Assembly (NCBI GenBank): GCA_027064425.1
Contig: JAMOPO010000025.1
Coordinates: forward strand, 1-11,983
DNA: 11,983 nucleotides
Reading direction: 5' to 3'
From: Methanobacteriota archaeon
Lineage (GTDB): Archaea; JAADCQ01; Methanopyri; Methanopyrales; Methanopyraceae
Part shown: positions 1 to 7,491 of the stretch, piece after piece
Position numbering within the stretch: position 1 is the stretch's first letter
How the letters are laid out: each line of letters starts with the position of its first letter
Program-made: the position numbers and the translations under genes
The notes under the pieces: model-generated
The model's database searches: none
What the model saw: the letters and a program-made list of their open reading frames with translations, nothing else
What the model was told of the DNA's origin: nothing

Positions 1-533
1 TTGGCGGCGTCGACGACGACGCGGAGTCCCTCGCCGTCGAAGTCGCCGACGTAGTCCAGGACGGCGTCCACGAAGCCGTTCAGGAGCTCGGGGGCGCGGG
101 TCCGCTCGCCGACGGACCGCCAGCCCGCCCGTTTCCCACCCTCCTCGAAGTAGATCCGCTCGATCTCCCGCTCCGCCTCCTTCGAGAGCCCACACCCGTC
201 GGGGCCCAGCAGTTTAATACCGTTGAATTCGGGTGGATTGTGCGAGGCCGTGACGACGGCGCCCGCGTCGAACCCCTCGGCCTCGACGAGGTACTGCACG
301 GCCGGGGTGGGCGCGACGCCGACGTCGGTCACGTCGCAGCCCGCGGCCGTGAGTCCGGCGGCGAGCGCGTCCTTGAGCGTGTCCGTGCTCGTCCGCGTGT
401 CGCCACCGATTAAGACTTCGGCGTCGCCCCCTAGGTACGTGCCGAAGGCGAGGCCCAACCGCCGCGCGAGGTCCTCCGTCAGGTCCTCCCCGACCACGCC
501 CCGGACGCCGAACGTGCCGAACAGCCGGCCCAT
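1..533 (-). CDS. glmM: Phosphohexomutase (phosphoglucosamine mutase / phosphomannomutase family), 5' part; runs off the left edge
   Basis: Not in the ORF track because it is truncated. Manual translation from ATG at 533 gives MGRLFGTFGVRGVVGEDLTEDLARRLGLAFGTYLGG...GGDTRTS...VGVAPTPAVQY...VTASHNPPEFNGIKL, with the FGTxGxRG, DTR, PTP and catalytic-Ser TASHNP motifs. SD-like GGGGGAG at 545-539. Family is certain; GlmM versus PMM/PGM specificity is not. Confidence 0.9.
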   Translation of the reverse strand, partial: MGRLFGTFGVRGVVGEDLTEDLARRLGLAFGTYLGGDAEVLIGGDTRTSTDTLKDALAAGLTAAGCDVTDVGVAPTPAVQYLVEAEGFDAGAVVTASHNPPEFNGIKLLGPDGCGLSKEAEREIERIYFEEGGKRAGWRSVGERTRAPELLNGFVDAVLDYVGDFDGEGLRVVVDAA

Positions 534-558
534 CGGGACTCCCCCGGGTGAGGGAGCG

Positions 559-1002
559 TTGATTAGGCTGGTGTTTAAGATCCTCGAGAAAACGCCGGGC
601 GTGGATGACCCGGAGAGGTTCCTGAAGTTCTCACTGGTGGGACTGAGCGGCGTCTTCGTGAATTTGGGGCTCCTCTGGTTCCTTACCGAGATTGTTGGGA
701 TGTACTACCTGGTGTCCAACGTGATCGCGGTGGAGGTGTCCATAATATCTAACTTCATACTGAATGACCTGTGGACGTGGAGAGACCGGCGCGATCCGGG
801 GCTAATCAATTTCCTAAAGCGGCTTGCGGCCTTTAACGTGGTATGCGCAGGCGGGCTCGTGATAAACACGACAGTCCTATGGGCGCTGACTGCGCTTTTC
901 CATATTTATTATATAGTTTCGGCCCTGTTCGGGATCGCAGCGGCCACGCTCTGGAACTATTGGATGAACAACCGAGTGACCTGGGGTGTCCTGCTTGAGT
1001 GA
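559..1002 (+). CDS. GtrA-family small membrane protein (putative lipid-phosphate-sugar flippase), 147 aa
   Basis: Four hydrophobic segments with the GtrA pattern RFLKFSLVGLSGVFVNLG...SNVIAVEVSIISNFILNDLWTW...WNYWMNNRVTW. Start re-called at TTG 559 behind GGTGAGGGAG (547-556); the upstream part of ORF 223..1002 is antisense to glmM. Confidence 0.9.
   Translation: MIRLVFKILEKTPGVDDPERFLKFSLVGLSGVFVNLGLLWFLTEIVGMYYLVSNVIAVEVSIISNFILNDLWTWRDRRDPGLINFLKRLAAFNVVCAGGLVINTTVLWALTALFHIYYIVSALFGIAAATLWNYWMNNRVTWGVLLE
905..922 (-). promoter_or_regulatory. Candidate BRE-TATA element inside gtrA
   Basis: Minus strand reads CCGAAAC-TATATAATAAA (922->905), resembling the methanogen BRE/TATA arrangement. 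The plus strand also has TTATATA at 909-915. It is formed by six consecutive A/T-ending codons (CAT ATT TAT TAT ATA GTT). Confidence 0.4.
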
Positions 1003-1006
1003 ACGG

Positions 1007-1918
1007 ATGGTCGATGACGTCAGGGAGACGCCGGAGGCCCTCAGGAACGTGCTGGAGGCCGACCTGAGCGGCCTGCCGGACCTCCGTGAGCGGAACTTCG
1101 TCATCACGACCGGCTCGGGCAGCAGTTACCACGTAGCTTACTACGCCTCCATGCTGCTCACCCGGGAGACCGACGTAGCCTCCTCCCACTACCCGGGCAA
1201 GCTGGCTCCCTGGGTTGACGGTGCGGACGCTGTAATCATCTTCTCCATCTCCGGCGGGAAGGACTCACATCGGATCGCGCGCGAGTTCGACGGCGCCGAC
1301 ATCATGGCCGTCACGTGCGAGAAGGACTCTCCGCTCGCCCGAGAAGCGGACTCGGTCCTGCTCATCCCGGTGGAGCGGGAGTCCGGGTTCCTGAACACCA
1401 AGACCATCGTTGCGGCCATGTACGCCTTCTGCGCCTATGTGTCCGAGGTCACGGGCTCGAATGTCCTGAACACGAGGGCGCCGGACGAGGTGGAGAAGTC
1501 GATCGAGGCGGATCCACGGGACGACCTCGTCGAGGCCATGCGCGAGTGTGAGAAGGTCTTCTTCGTTGGGGACGGGTACCTCCACGTCGCCGCGGAGCAG
1601 GCCGCGCTTAAGGCCGTCGAGGTGGGGGACGCCAACGCCCTGGCCACCACGACCGACGAGCTCTTTCACGGCAGGTTCTTTGGGGACCACTCGCGCCGGC
1701 TTTACGTCTGCCTGAACGAGGGCAGCGCGGACCTCATCGAGGAGCGCTCGAACGGCGAGGCCAACATTTTCCGACCGGATGAGGTGGTAAAAGTTAAGGT
1801 TGAACCCGACGACCCGAACGCGCCCGTCGTGGTCCTGCCCGCCCTGTACCTGGCCATCGACGCGGCGTACGGCCCCGTCAACACTTCACAGGCCAGGGAC
1901 TGGTGGGACCACCTCTAA
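1007..1918 (+). CDS. Double-SIS-domain phosphosugar isomerase/deaminase-like protein (resembles the GlmS isomerase half, no glutaminase domain), 303 aa
   Basis: Motifs TGSGSSYH, FSISGG, NTKT, FFVGDG...EQAALKAVE and ELFHG parallel the GlmS C-terminal SIS domains (GxGTS, SQSG, TK, EGALKLKE, ELKHGP). ATG 1007 lies 4 nt after the gtrA stop, preceded by GAGTGA. Confidence 0.8.
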   Translation: MVDDVRETPEALRNVLEADLSGLPDLRERNFVITTGSGSSYHVAYYASMLLTRETDVASSHYPGKLAPWVDGADAVIIFSISGGKDSHRIAREFDGADIMAVTCEKDSPLAREADSVLLIPVERESGFLNTKTIVAAMYAFCAYVSEVTGSNVLNTRAPDEVEKSIEADPRDDLVEAMRECEKVFFVGDGYLHVAAEQAALKAVEVGDANALATTTDELFHGRFFGDHSRRLYVCLNEGSADLIEERSNGEANIFRPDEVVKVKVEPDDPNAPVVVLPALYLAIDAAYGPVNTSQARDWWDHL

Positions 1919-1933
1919 CCGGGGCGAGGAGCG

Positions 1934-3004
1934 TTGAACACGGACGCGGTGGTCCTGGCGGGCGGGTTCGGGACCCGGTTGAGACCGCTCACCTGGGACA
2001 CCCCCAAACCGCTGGTTCCGATCCTCGGTCGACCTTTGCTCGAGTGGGTGATTCGCAGCCTACCTGACGACGTCGTGCACGTTCACATCGCCGCCGGGTT
2101 CAGCTCCGACAAGCTGGAGAGGTACGTCGAGTCCAACCCCCTACCTCGCAAGCTTCACTTGAAGGTGGAACCCAAGCCCCTGGACACGGCGGGCGCGATC
2201 AAGTTCGCCTGCCGGGACTCGACCGCGGACGTGTTCGTAGTCTTCAACGGTGACATAATCTCCTCGCTCGACGTGCGTGAGATGCTCGAGTTCCACCGCG
2301 AGCACGATGGCATCGCCACGATCGCGCTGTATCCCGTGCCCGAGGACGAGGTTTCCCGGTTCGGTGTGGTGGATCTGAACGAGGACAACCGCATCCTGAA
2401 CTTTGTCGAGAAGCCGGCCCCCGAGGAGGCTCCCTCCAACCTGATCAACGCAGGGGCCTACGTCCTGGACAGGGAGGTGCTCGACTACATCCCCGAGGGC
2501 CGACCGGTCTCCATCGAGCGTGAGATCTTCCCGAAGCTGGCCGAGGAGGGCCTCCTCTACGGGTTCAAGTTCGAGGGTTACTGGGTCGACGTCGGACTCC
2601 CGGAGACCTACCTCGAGGCGCACTGGGTCTTGATGGAGCACGAGTGTTCCGGCGCGGCCTTGGTGGGGGTCCGGACGGACGGCGCGGAGGTAAACGAGCC
2701 CGTTGTCGCCGACCCAATGAGCGAAATCAAGGACTCGACCGTCGGCCCCTACGTGTACATCGGAGGACGCGTCGAGATCGACGGGGCCGTGATAAAGAAC
2801 TCAGTCATCCTGGCGGACGCGCGCATCGAGAACGCCGAGATTAAGGACACGATCATCGCGGAGAAGTGCCACGTCGAGGACGCCGAGCTTGAGGGATGCG
2901 TCATCGGGCACGACGCTGAGGTCTCGGGATGCACACTGAAGGATGTCAAGGTAGCGCCCGGCAAGGAGGCGGGGGAGGACCTCGAGGGCCAGTGGGTGAT
3001 CTAG
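1934..3004 (+). CDS. Sugar-1-phosphate nucleotidyltransferase (mannose-1-phosphate guanylyltransferase-like) with C-terminal left-handed beta-helix, 356 aa
   Basis: LAGGFGTRLRPLT...PKPLVP signature, NGD, FVEKP, INAGAY, SIEREIFP, GYWVDVG and hexapeptide-like C-terminal repeats. TTG start with GAGGAG SD. Confidence 0.92.
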   Translation: MNTDAVVLAGGFGTRLRPLTWDTPKPLVPILGRPLLEWVIRSLPDDVVHVHIAAGFSSDKLERYVESNPLPRKLHLKVEPKPLDTAGAIKFACRDSTADVFVVFNGDIISSLDVREMLEFHREHDGIATIALYPVPEDEVSRFGVVDLNEDNRILNFVEKPAPEEAPSNLINAGAYVLDREVLDYIPEGRPVSIEREIFPKLAEEGLLYGFKFEGYWVDVGLPETYLEAHWVLMEHECSGAALVGVRTDGAEVNEPVVADPMSEIKDSTVGPYVYIGGRVEIDGAVIKNSVILADARIENAEIKDTIIAEKCHVEDAELEGCVIGHDAEVSGCTLKDVKVAPGKEAGEDLEGQWVI

Positions 3005-3433
3005 GTGAGTGAGCGCACCATTGACACCATCCGGATCATCGCGTACGTCTTCTTCCTGTTCTTCGTACTCCCCGTCCTGATATTCGCCCTCGTCGTGGTC
3101 CTGGCACCTCTCGTGGTGTTGCTAGTGCTGATGGTGGCTTTCGTGGTCATATTCACTCAGATCCCCTGGACACCGCCGGAGTTCAGCCTCGCAGCGGAGG
3201 TAATTCTGATCGCGCTGTACCAAATAACCCGCGAGAAGCTGCTGCTTGAGGTCGCAGAGAACCTGGCGACCCATCGGAAGAAGTCCCTCGAGCTGGACCG
3301 CGAGGAGGACATTGAGAGAGCGCTGGAGGAGGGTGACACGAAGCGCGCGCTGCGCCTCTACCTCCGGGAGATCATGGAGAGGGTCGTTGGGAGTCCCCCA
3401 CATGCTAAGCCCGAAGACCGTGGCGACGATTAA
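3005..3433 (+). CDS. Hypothetical membrane protein (N-terminal TM segments plus charged helical C-terminus), 142 aa
   Basis: GTG directly abuts the upstream TAG. About 45 hydrophobic residues are followed by an E/R/L-rich helical tail; C/G-ending codons fit the other genes. Confidence 0.7.
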   Translation: MSERTIDTIRIIAYVFFLFFVLPVLIFALVVVLAPLVVLLVLMVAFVVIFTQIPWTPPEFSLAAEVILIALYQITREKLLLEVAENLATHRKKSLELDREEDIERALEEGDTKRALRLYLREIMERVVGSPPHAKPEDRGDD

Positions 3434-3965
3434 CACCGTCGTTACGAGCCTCCCGTTCGCCATCTCCCTGTACCTTGTCCTACGCAGGATGGGACGCACG
3501 CTGATTCAAATGTACTCCCTGGCGTATCTGGCCCCGTTCCTCGTGATCGTCTACGGTGTCTCGGTCCCGGTTCCGGGCAACCTGTACGCGTATTTCACGG
3601 GTGCCCCCGTGCTGTTGACGTACGGGGTCGCGGACGCGGCGGTCCTAACCTACGCCGTGGGCTCGGCGCTCGCGGTTATGTTCGTGGGCATGGACCAGTG
3701 GGCCGACGTGCTCTACTCGGGCTCGCTGACCGCAATGTGGCTGCTGAACGCGGTTATGGACTTGGGTCCCCGGGCCTCGCTGCTCCTCGGGTCGGCGATC
3801 ACGGTCGCGTCGAACATGTTCGTGGCACTGTACAAGTACCACGCCTGGCCCATAATCCCGCTTCCTTCGGTAATACTCCAGTTCTCGGTGGCTGTGGGAG
3901 CGATAACGGCGCTGGAGGGATTGGCGTGGTGGGTCTTCACGAAGCTAAAGCCGCCTGCGCGGTAG
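3402..3965 (+). CDS. Hypothetical polytopic membrane protein (about 6 TM segments), 187 aa
   Basis: Start re-called at ATG 3402 (GGGAG upstream). MLSPKTVATINTVVTSLPFAISLYLVL... is hydrophobic throughout. Overlaps the upstream gene by 32 nt. Confidence 0.7.
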   Translation: MLSPKTVATINTVVTSLPFAISLYLVLRRMGRTLIQMYSLAYLAPFLVIVYGVSVPVPGNLYAYFTGAPVLLTYGVADAAVLTYAVGSALAVMFVGMDQWADVLYSGSLTAMWLLNAVMDLGPRASLLLGSAITVASNMFVALYKYHAWPIIPLPSVILQFSVAVGAITALEGLAWWVFTKLKPPAR

Positions 3966-4540
3966 CCGTCGCCATCCTAGCGTTGATCAACGCTCTCGCG
4001 GTGAGCCACCCGAGGTTTCGGCCGGTAGGTACCACCATCACGTACCCGTGGCTGAACTCGAGCGATACCTACAGGGTGTTGTCGCTTCCCGTCCTCTCGG
4101 GTCCCTCGGTTAACACCATACTCCCGGTCGGGCTCTTCGTGTCCTCCGACAGGCTGTTCGTAGGCCCTCTAACCACGGACGTCAGCAGCGCGTCGCTGTG
4201 GCCGAAATCCACGAGCACCAAGCTGACACCTCTGCTCCGGCGGCTTTCACCCGACGCGCGCGTCTCGTGTTACGGGATCAGCTCCCGCCACTTGGACGTA
4301 GCCGTTTCAGAAACCCTCTCGGTGTTGGTCGGGAAGCGCTGCGTGGTGGTTGTTGGGAGGGACTACCTGATGGTGGTAAGCTGCGAGCGCGCCAGCGTTA
4401 GGAGGTGTTTAGGAGGCGCGTACGTGTCCGCGAGCAAGGCTAGCCTGGTCATGTCGTTCCCGGAGCGTATCCTGGAGGGGGCCTATACGTGGAGGCCAAG
4501 GTTACCGCTGTCGCTGCCGTTTCCGCACTTGTCTCTATAG
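3926..4540 (+). CDS. Family A member A1: membrane-anchored/secreted protein of unknown function, 204 aa
   Basis: GTG 3926 behind GGAGGGA (3914-3920) and an N-terminal signal/TM segment (AACAVAVAILALINALAVS). Paralog of 7518-8111: TYPWL, LPVLSGP/MPVVMGP, DRLxxGPLT, RVSxYG, YVS, PER, W[RK]P. Confidence 0.75.
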   Translation: MVGLHEAKAACAVAVAILALINALAVSHPRFRPVGTTITYPWLNSSDTYRVLSLPVLSGPSVNTILPVGLFVSSDRLFVGPLTTDVSSASLWPKSTSTKLTPLLRRLSPDARVSCYGISSRHLDVAVSETLSVLVGKRCVVVVGRDYLMVVSCERASVRRCLGGAYVSASKASLVMSFPERILEGAYTWRPRLPLSLPFPHLSL

Positions 4541-6732
4541 CGTTCGTCGTCTACGACTGCTGCGAGGAAGTGGGTAGGATCACCACGACCATGGACCTGC
4601 CCATCCAAGCCCTAAAGACGTACCTCATAGCGAAGTACGGCCTGTCGGGCGCCGACTGGGACCCGTACTCGTACTTAGGCAGAGCCCCACTGGTCAACTA
4701 CCCCATTCTTCCCTTTCTCTTTCCCGCCCTCCTTACCAGGCTCACCAAAGACCCGATGCTATCCTGCTCCGTCACCGAGATTATCTATAGATCGGTTCCA
4801 GTGATCGTTTGGCTATTCCTTCTTTTCCTCGGTAAGTGCTCCTCCAGGGCCACTGTAGCCACCCTTGTGTACCTAATTTCCTACCCGGTGTTCTCCGTAT
4901 ACGACGCCCATTACGTGAGGATAGCCACAACCATGTACTTCTGTTCCGCCGTCGTGGCGATCACCGTTTGGCACTCGAAATTGAGCAGAAGGGTGAGGGA
5001 AACCTTATCCATACTGGCCTGGTTCGCATCGGTACAATCGAACTTTGTGTACTCGCTCGTGCCGCTCGTCGTGGTGTCCATCATGGAAAGTCCGAAGCTG
5101 CTCGTCGCCGCCGGCGCCGCGGTGCCGCCCATGGTGCTGGCCTACTGGGCGGGGAAGCTGGAGTTCGACAACCCTCCCGCCTCCTCACGGCTCACGCTCT
5201 CCCCGTACGACACCGTCGACACCACGCTGATTCTGGTCGTGACAGCGCTCGTGGCCACCGTGGTAGCGCTGTCTTTCCTGCTCGAGGATTGGAGAAAAAG
5301 TGCCCTGATCTCGCTGCTGACGGTGACGGCCTCCCTGGGACCGTTCGCGGTGTTCGCGGCGCCCCCGCTGGCCTACGGGGTCCTGAAGGTTGTCAAGGTG
5401 GTGGCGCAGCTCGACCCTCACCGGCTCGCGCTGATGGCACTGCTCTCTTTGATCGCCCTATGCGCCCGAGTCGCCGAGCGCCTGCTGCGAACGATCACGG
5501 TGTGCGGCGGCGTGGGATCAGTGGCCTGCTTCCTGATGGCCCTCACGGTCCTCCTCGGGGTCTGCCGATGGGATGTGGCCCCCATGCACGCCCTGCAGCT
5601 CGGGCATGGTCCGCGGGACGTCAGGAGCGTGGTGACCTCACCCAACGACGCGAGCGCCATCTTTCCCTGGAACGGTCGGACCGTCGGGGCGTCGCTGGCC
5701 GGGGCCTTCTATCAAGGTAGCTCGGAGCCTGAGCTCCGCGTGCTCTCGGCGGTCTACTTCCCAGGCAGCTTGCTCTCCACGCTGCGCTTTTCGGACTACG
5801 TTCGTCGGCCGCTTTACAACCAGGCGTTCGACCCTCAGCTGGCCGACAAGGTGGTGAGGATCCTTCCTGCCGGTCGGGTGGAGCACCTGCCGGGAATCAT
5901 CGTCCCGACGTCCGGCCTGGCGGACGTGCGGACGGTGGCGATAAGGAACGCGCCCGCCATCACCGTACGGGACGCCATCCCGGTGCGCAGGGCTAGGGCG
6001 CTCTACGTGGGCTCGTTCACGGACTACAGTTACCTGTGGTTGAATGTGGTGCGGTGCGCGCCCGCGGGCTACTTCCCCGTAATCCCCTGCCTCCGCCCCT
6101 ACGATCTCAAGCACCACCAGCAGCTCGACGTGACCAGGTACTGGACCGGAGAGATCCTGATCCTGGACCCTGAGGCCGTCAATTACCCGCACCTCGACAG
6201 GCTGGTTCACCGCGCCAAGGTGGTCCTGGCGGTGCGAGGGGCCTTCGACAGCAGGGGGCTCGGCTCGATCCTGGGAGCCGTTCACCGGTGCGGGAAGCGC
6301 GCCGAGGTCATCGACGGGATCGACCGTCCCATCAAGGCCCCGGTTCTGCGGGACCTCGCTAGGGTCACCGCCGTCCCCGTTAACCACGCCGAGCGCGGAG
6401 TCGTGCAGCCGGTCGGCAACGATCGAATGATTGTGAGGCCCCGGAGCGAGCTGTCCATCATCCCGTGGGCGTGGGCGCCGTTTTGGGCGGTGAACGGGCG
6501 GGAGGGTGAGGCGTGCCCGGTCGGCCCGTACATGCTCGTCAGGACCGGAGGCAAACCCGCCCACCTACACTACGTCGCCTGGGAACGATACCAGTCCCGA
6601 GCCTACGAGGTCTCGGTGCTGCTTCTGGCGCTCAGCGTCGTCGGCGTCACGTGCTCCGAGCTCGTCCGGGGTAGGCCGGCTAAAGGGAGTAGGGCCACCT
6701 CGGGTACCTCCACACCAGGTCCTGAAAGGTGA
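4489..6732 (+). CDS. Family B member B1: large polytopic membrane protein, YfhO/PF10131-like (predicted GT-C glycosyltransferase), 747 aa
   Basis: N-terminal TM, then MDLPIQALK...WDPYSYLGRAPLVNYP (D...K...WxPxxxxGxxPxxxYP loop), about 10 further TMs, a large soluble domain and a YfhO-like end (WAPFWAVNG...YMLV...LHY plus a final TM). GTG start with GGAGGGG SD. CDS is solid; the family call is by motif recognition. Confidence 0.7.
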   Translation: MEAKVTAVAAVSALVSIAFVVYDCCEEVGRITTTMDLPIQALKTYLIAKYGLSGADWDPYSYLGRAPLVNYPILPFLFPALLTRLTKDPMLSCSVTEIIYRSVPVIVWLFLLFLGKCSSRATVATLVYLISYPVFSVYDAHYVRIATTMYFCSAVVAITVWHSKLSRRVRETLSILAWFASVQSNFVYSLVPLVVVSIMESPKLLVAAGAAVPPMVLAYWAGKLEFDNPPASSRLTLSPYDTVDTTLILVVTALVATVVALSFLLEDWRKSALISLLTVTASLGPFAVFAAPPLAYGVLKVVKVVAQLDPHRLALMALLSLIALCARVAERLLRTITVCGGVGSVACFLMALTVLLGVCRWDVAPMHALQLGHGPRDVRSVVTSPNDASAIFPWNGRTVGASLAGAFYQGSSEPELRVLSAVYFPGSLLSTLRFSDYVRRPLYNQAFDPQLADKVVRILPAGRVEHLPGIIVPTSGLADVRTVAIRNAPAITVRDAIPVRRARALYVGSFTDYSYLWLNVVRCAPAGYFPVIPCLRPYDLKHHQQLDVTRYWTGEILILDPEAVNYPHLDRLVHRAKVVLAVRGAFDSRGLGSILGAVHRCGKRAEVIDGIDRPIKAPVLRDLARVTAVPVNHAERGVVQPVGNDRMIVRPRSELSIIPWAWAPFWAVNGREGEACPVGPYMLVRTGGKPAHLHYVAWERYQSRAYEVSVLLLALSVVGVTCSELVRGRPAKGSRATSGTSTPGPER
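6004..6146 (+). repeat. Direct repeat tract 1, copy a (143 bp, identical to 9545-9687)
   Basis: Base-by-base comparison: TACGTGGGCTCGTTCACGGAC...GTGACCAGGTACTGGAC identical at offset 3541; flanks mismatch. Confidence 0.97.
6458..6606 (+). repeat. Direct repeat tract 2, copy a (149 bp, identical to 10008-10156)
   Basis: Base-by-base comparison: TCATCCCGTGGGCGTGGGCG...CCAGTCCCGAGCCTAC identical at offset 3550. Confidence 0.97.
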
Positions 6733-7459
6733 AATTAGGCAGGACGATCGGTGACCAGCGGATCACCATCCCGCCGCGTGATCGGATGACCCCGCGGACC
6801 CCATCCACGTCGAGCCGCCCGTGCCGGGCCTCCACGGCTGTGATTTCCATCGGGGTTGGAAGGCCGAGAATCAGGAAGGCCCGGGACAGGAGTGGGATCC
6901 TTGCCATTGAGATGATGGCCAGGTGGTGAACCTTCCCTTCGTACCCGCGGACCATCTTACCGTGGACTATCAAGGAAGGAGGGACGTACGTTGCTGAGCC
7001 GCTCCAGATGACACTTTTAAGTAGTACCAGTGAGCACGGGCCGCTGACTTCTACCCCGGAGTAGTTCACCCTAACCTTGGGCCTCCCGGAGCAGACGATC
7101 GTGAATGGTGCCGGCATCGGGCCCATGTACACGTTGACGCGATTCCCGCTGACGACCACCCAGTATCGGCCGGCGAGGTGCGGGATGGGGACGATCTCAT
7201 ATCCTCCCATGGAGGGGAGGTTGAACTTCTCATAGGCGGTGGGGTCGCGGTACCAGGCGTAAACGGGGACGGGGCCGGGCTGAAGGTCCCTACCGCTCAC
7301 CGCCGGCAGCCTTTTAACGCTCATTATCTTCACCGAGGGGGGAGTGGGGTTCGTCGTCGCCGCCGTCCACGTGTGGAAGTATCCCTTCGAGACGGCTAGG
7401 ACGGCCACCAGGACGGCCACAAGTTGTGTGAAAAGGACGGGCCGGACGTAACCGGGCAT
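6680..7459 (-). CDS. Membrane-anchored/secreted protein, probable distant family A member (A3), 259 aa
   Basis: N-terminal TM (LFTQLVAVLVAVLAVS), T/P linker and beta-rich body. YAWYRDPTAYEKFNLPSMGG aligns without gaps to A1 YPWLNSSDTYRVLSLPVLSG; C-terminal VWRYPRWPYSL resembles A1 TWRPRLPLSL. GGGGCGGTG precedes the ATG. Confidence 0.7.
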   Translation of the reverse strand: MPGYVRPVLFTQLVAVLVAVLAVSKGYFHTWTAATTNPTPPSVKIMSVKRLPAVSGRDLQPGPVPVYAWYRDPTAYEKFNLPSMGGYEIVPIPHLAGRYWVVVSGNRVNVYMGPMPAPFTIVCSGRPKVRVNYSGVEVSGPCSLVLLKSVIWSGSATYVPPSLIVHGKMVRGYEGKVHHLAIISMARIPLLSRAFLILGLPTPMEITAVEARHGRLDVDGVRGVIRSRGGMVIRWSPIVLPNFTFQDLVWRYPRWPYSL

Positions 7460-7470
7460 GCACCGCCCCC

Positions 7471-7491
7471 GGGCGCGGTCCCTCCGCGCCC
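7471..7491. promoter_or_regulatory. Perfect 8-bp inverted repeat in the A3/A2 divergent intergenic region
   Basis: GGGCGCGG-TCCCT-CCGCGCCC, immediately followed by the main AT-rich patch of the gap (ATTATT, 7492-7497). The repeat is certain; its function is not. Confidence 0.35.

Noticed and set aside
223-558. N-terminal 112 codons of ORF 223..1002
   Set aside because: Ser/Pro/Thr-rich antisense shadow of glmM; GtrA-like sequence and a good SD begin at 547-559.
544-562. 15/19 match between the gtrA leader (544-562) and the nucleotidyltransferase leader (1919-1937), CCGGG....GGAGCGTTGA
   Set aside because: Explained by shared SD-like sequence plus TTG start; CCGGGGG-type leaders also precede the minus-strand genes.
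559-1002. Lower GC (about 54% over 601-960) of gtrA as evidence of horizontal transfer
   Set aside because: Largely explained by Phe/Ile/Asn/Tyr content and the TATA-like patch; the gene is tightly embedded with native-style translation signals.
3246-3925. Long upstream extensions of ORFs 3246..3965 and 3698..4540 (likewise 7458-7517 and 7916-8065)
   Set aside because: They mostly overlap better-supported genes in other frames; SD sites and paralog alignment support the later starts.
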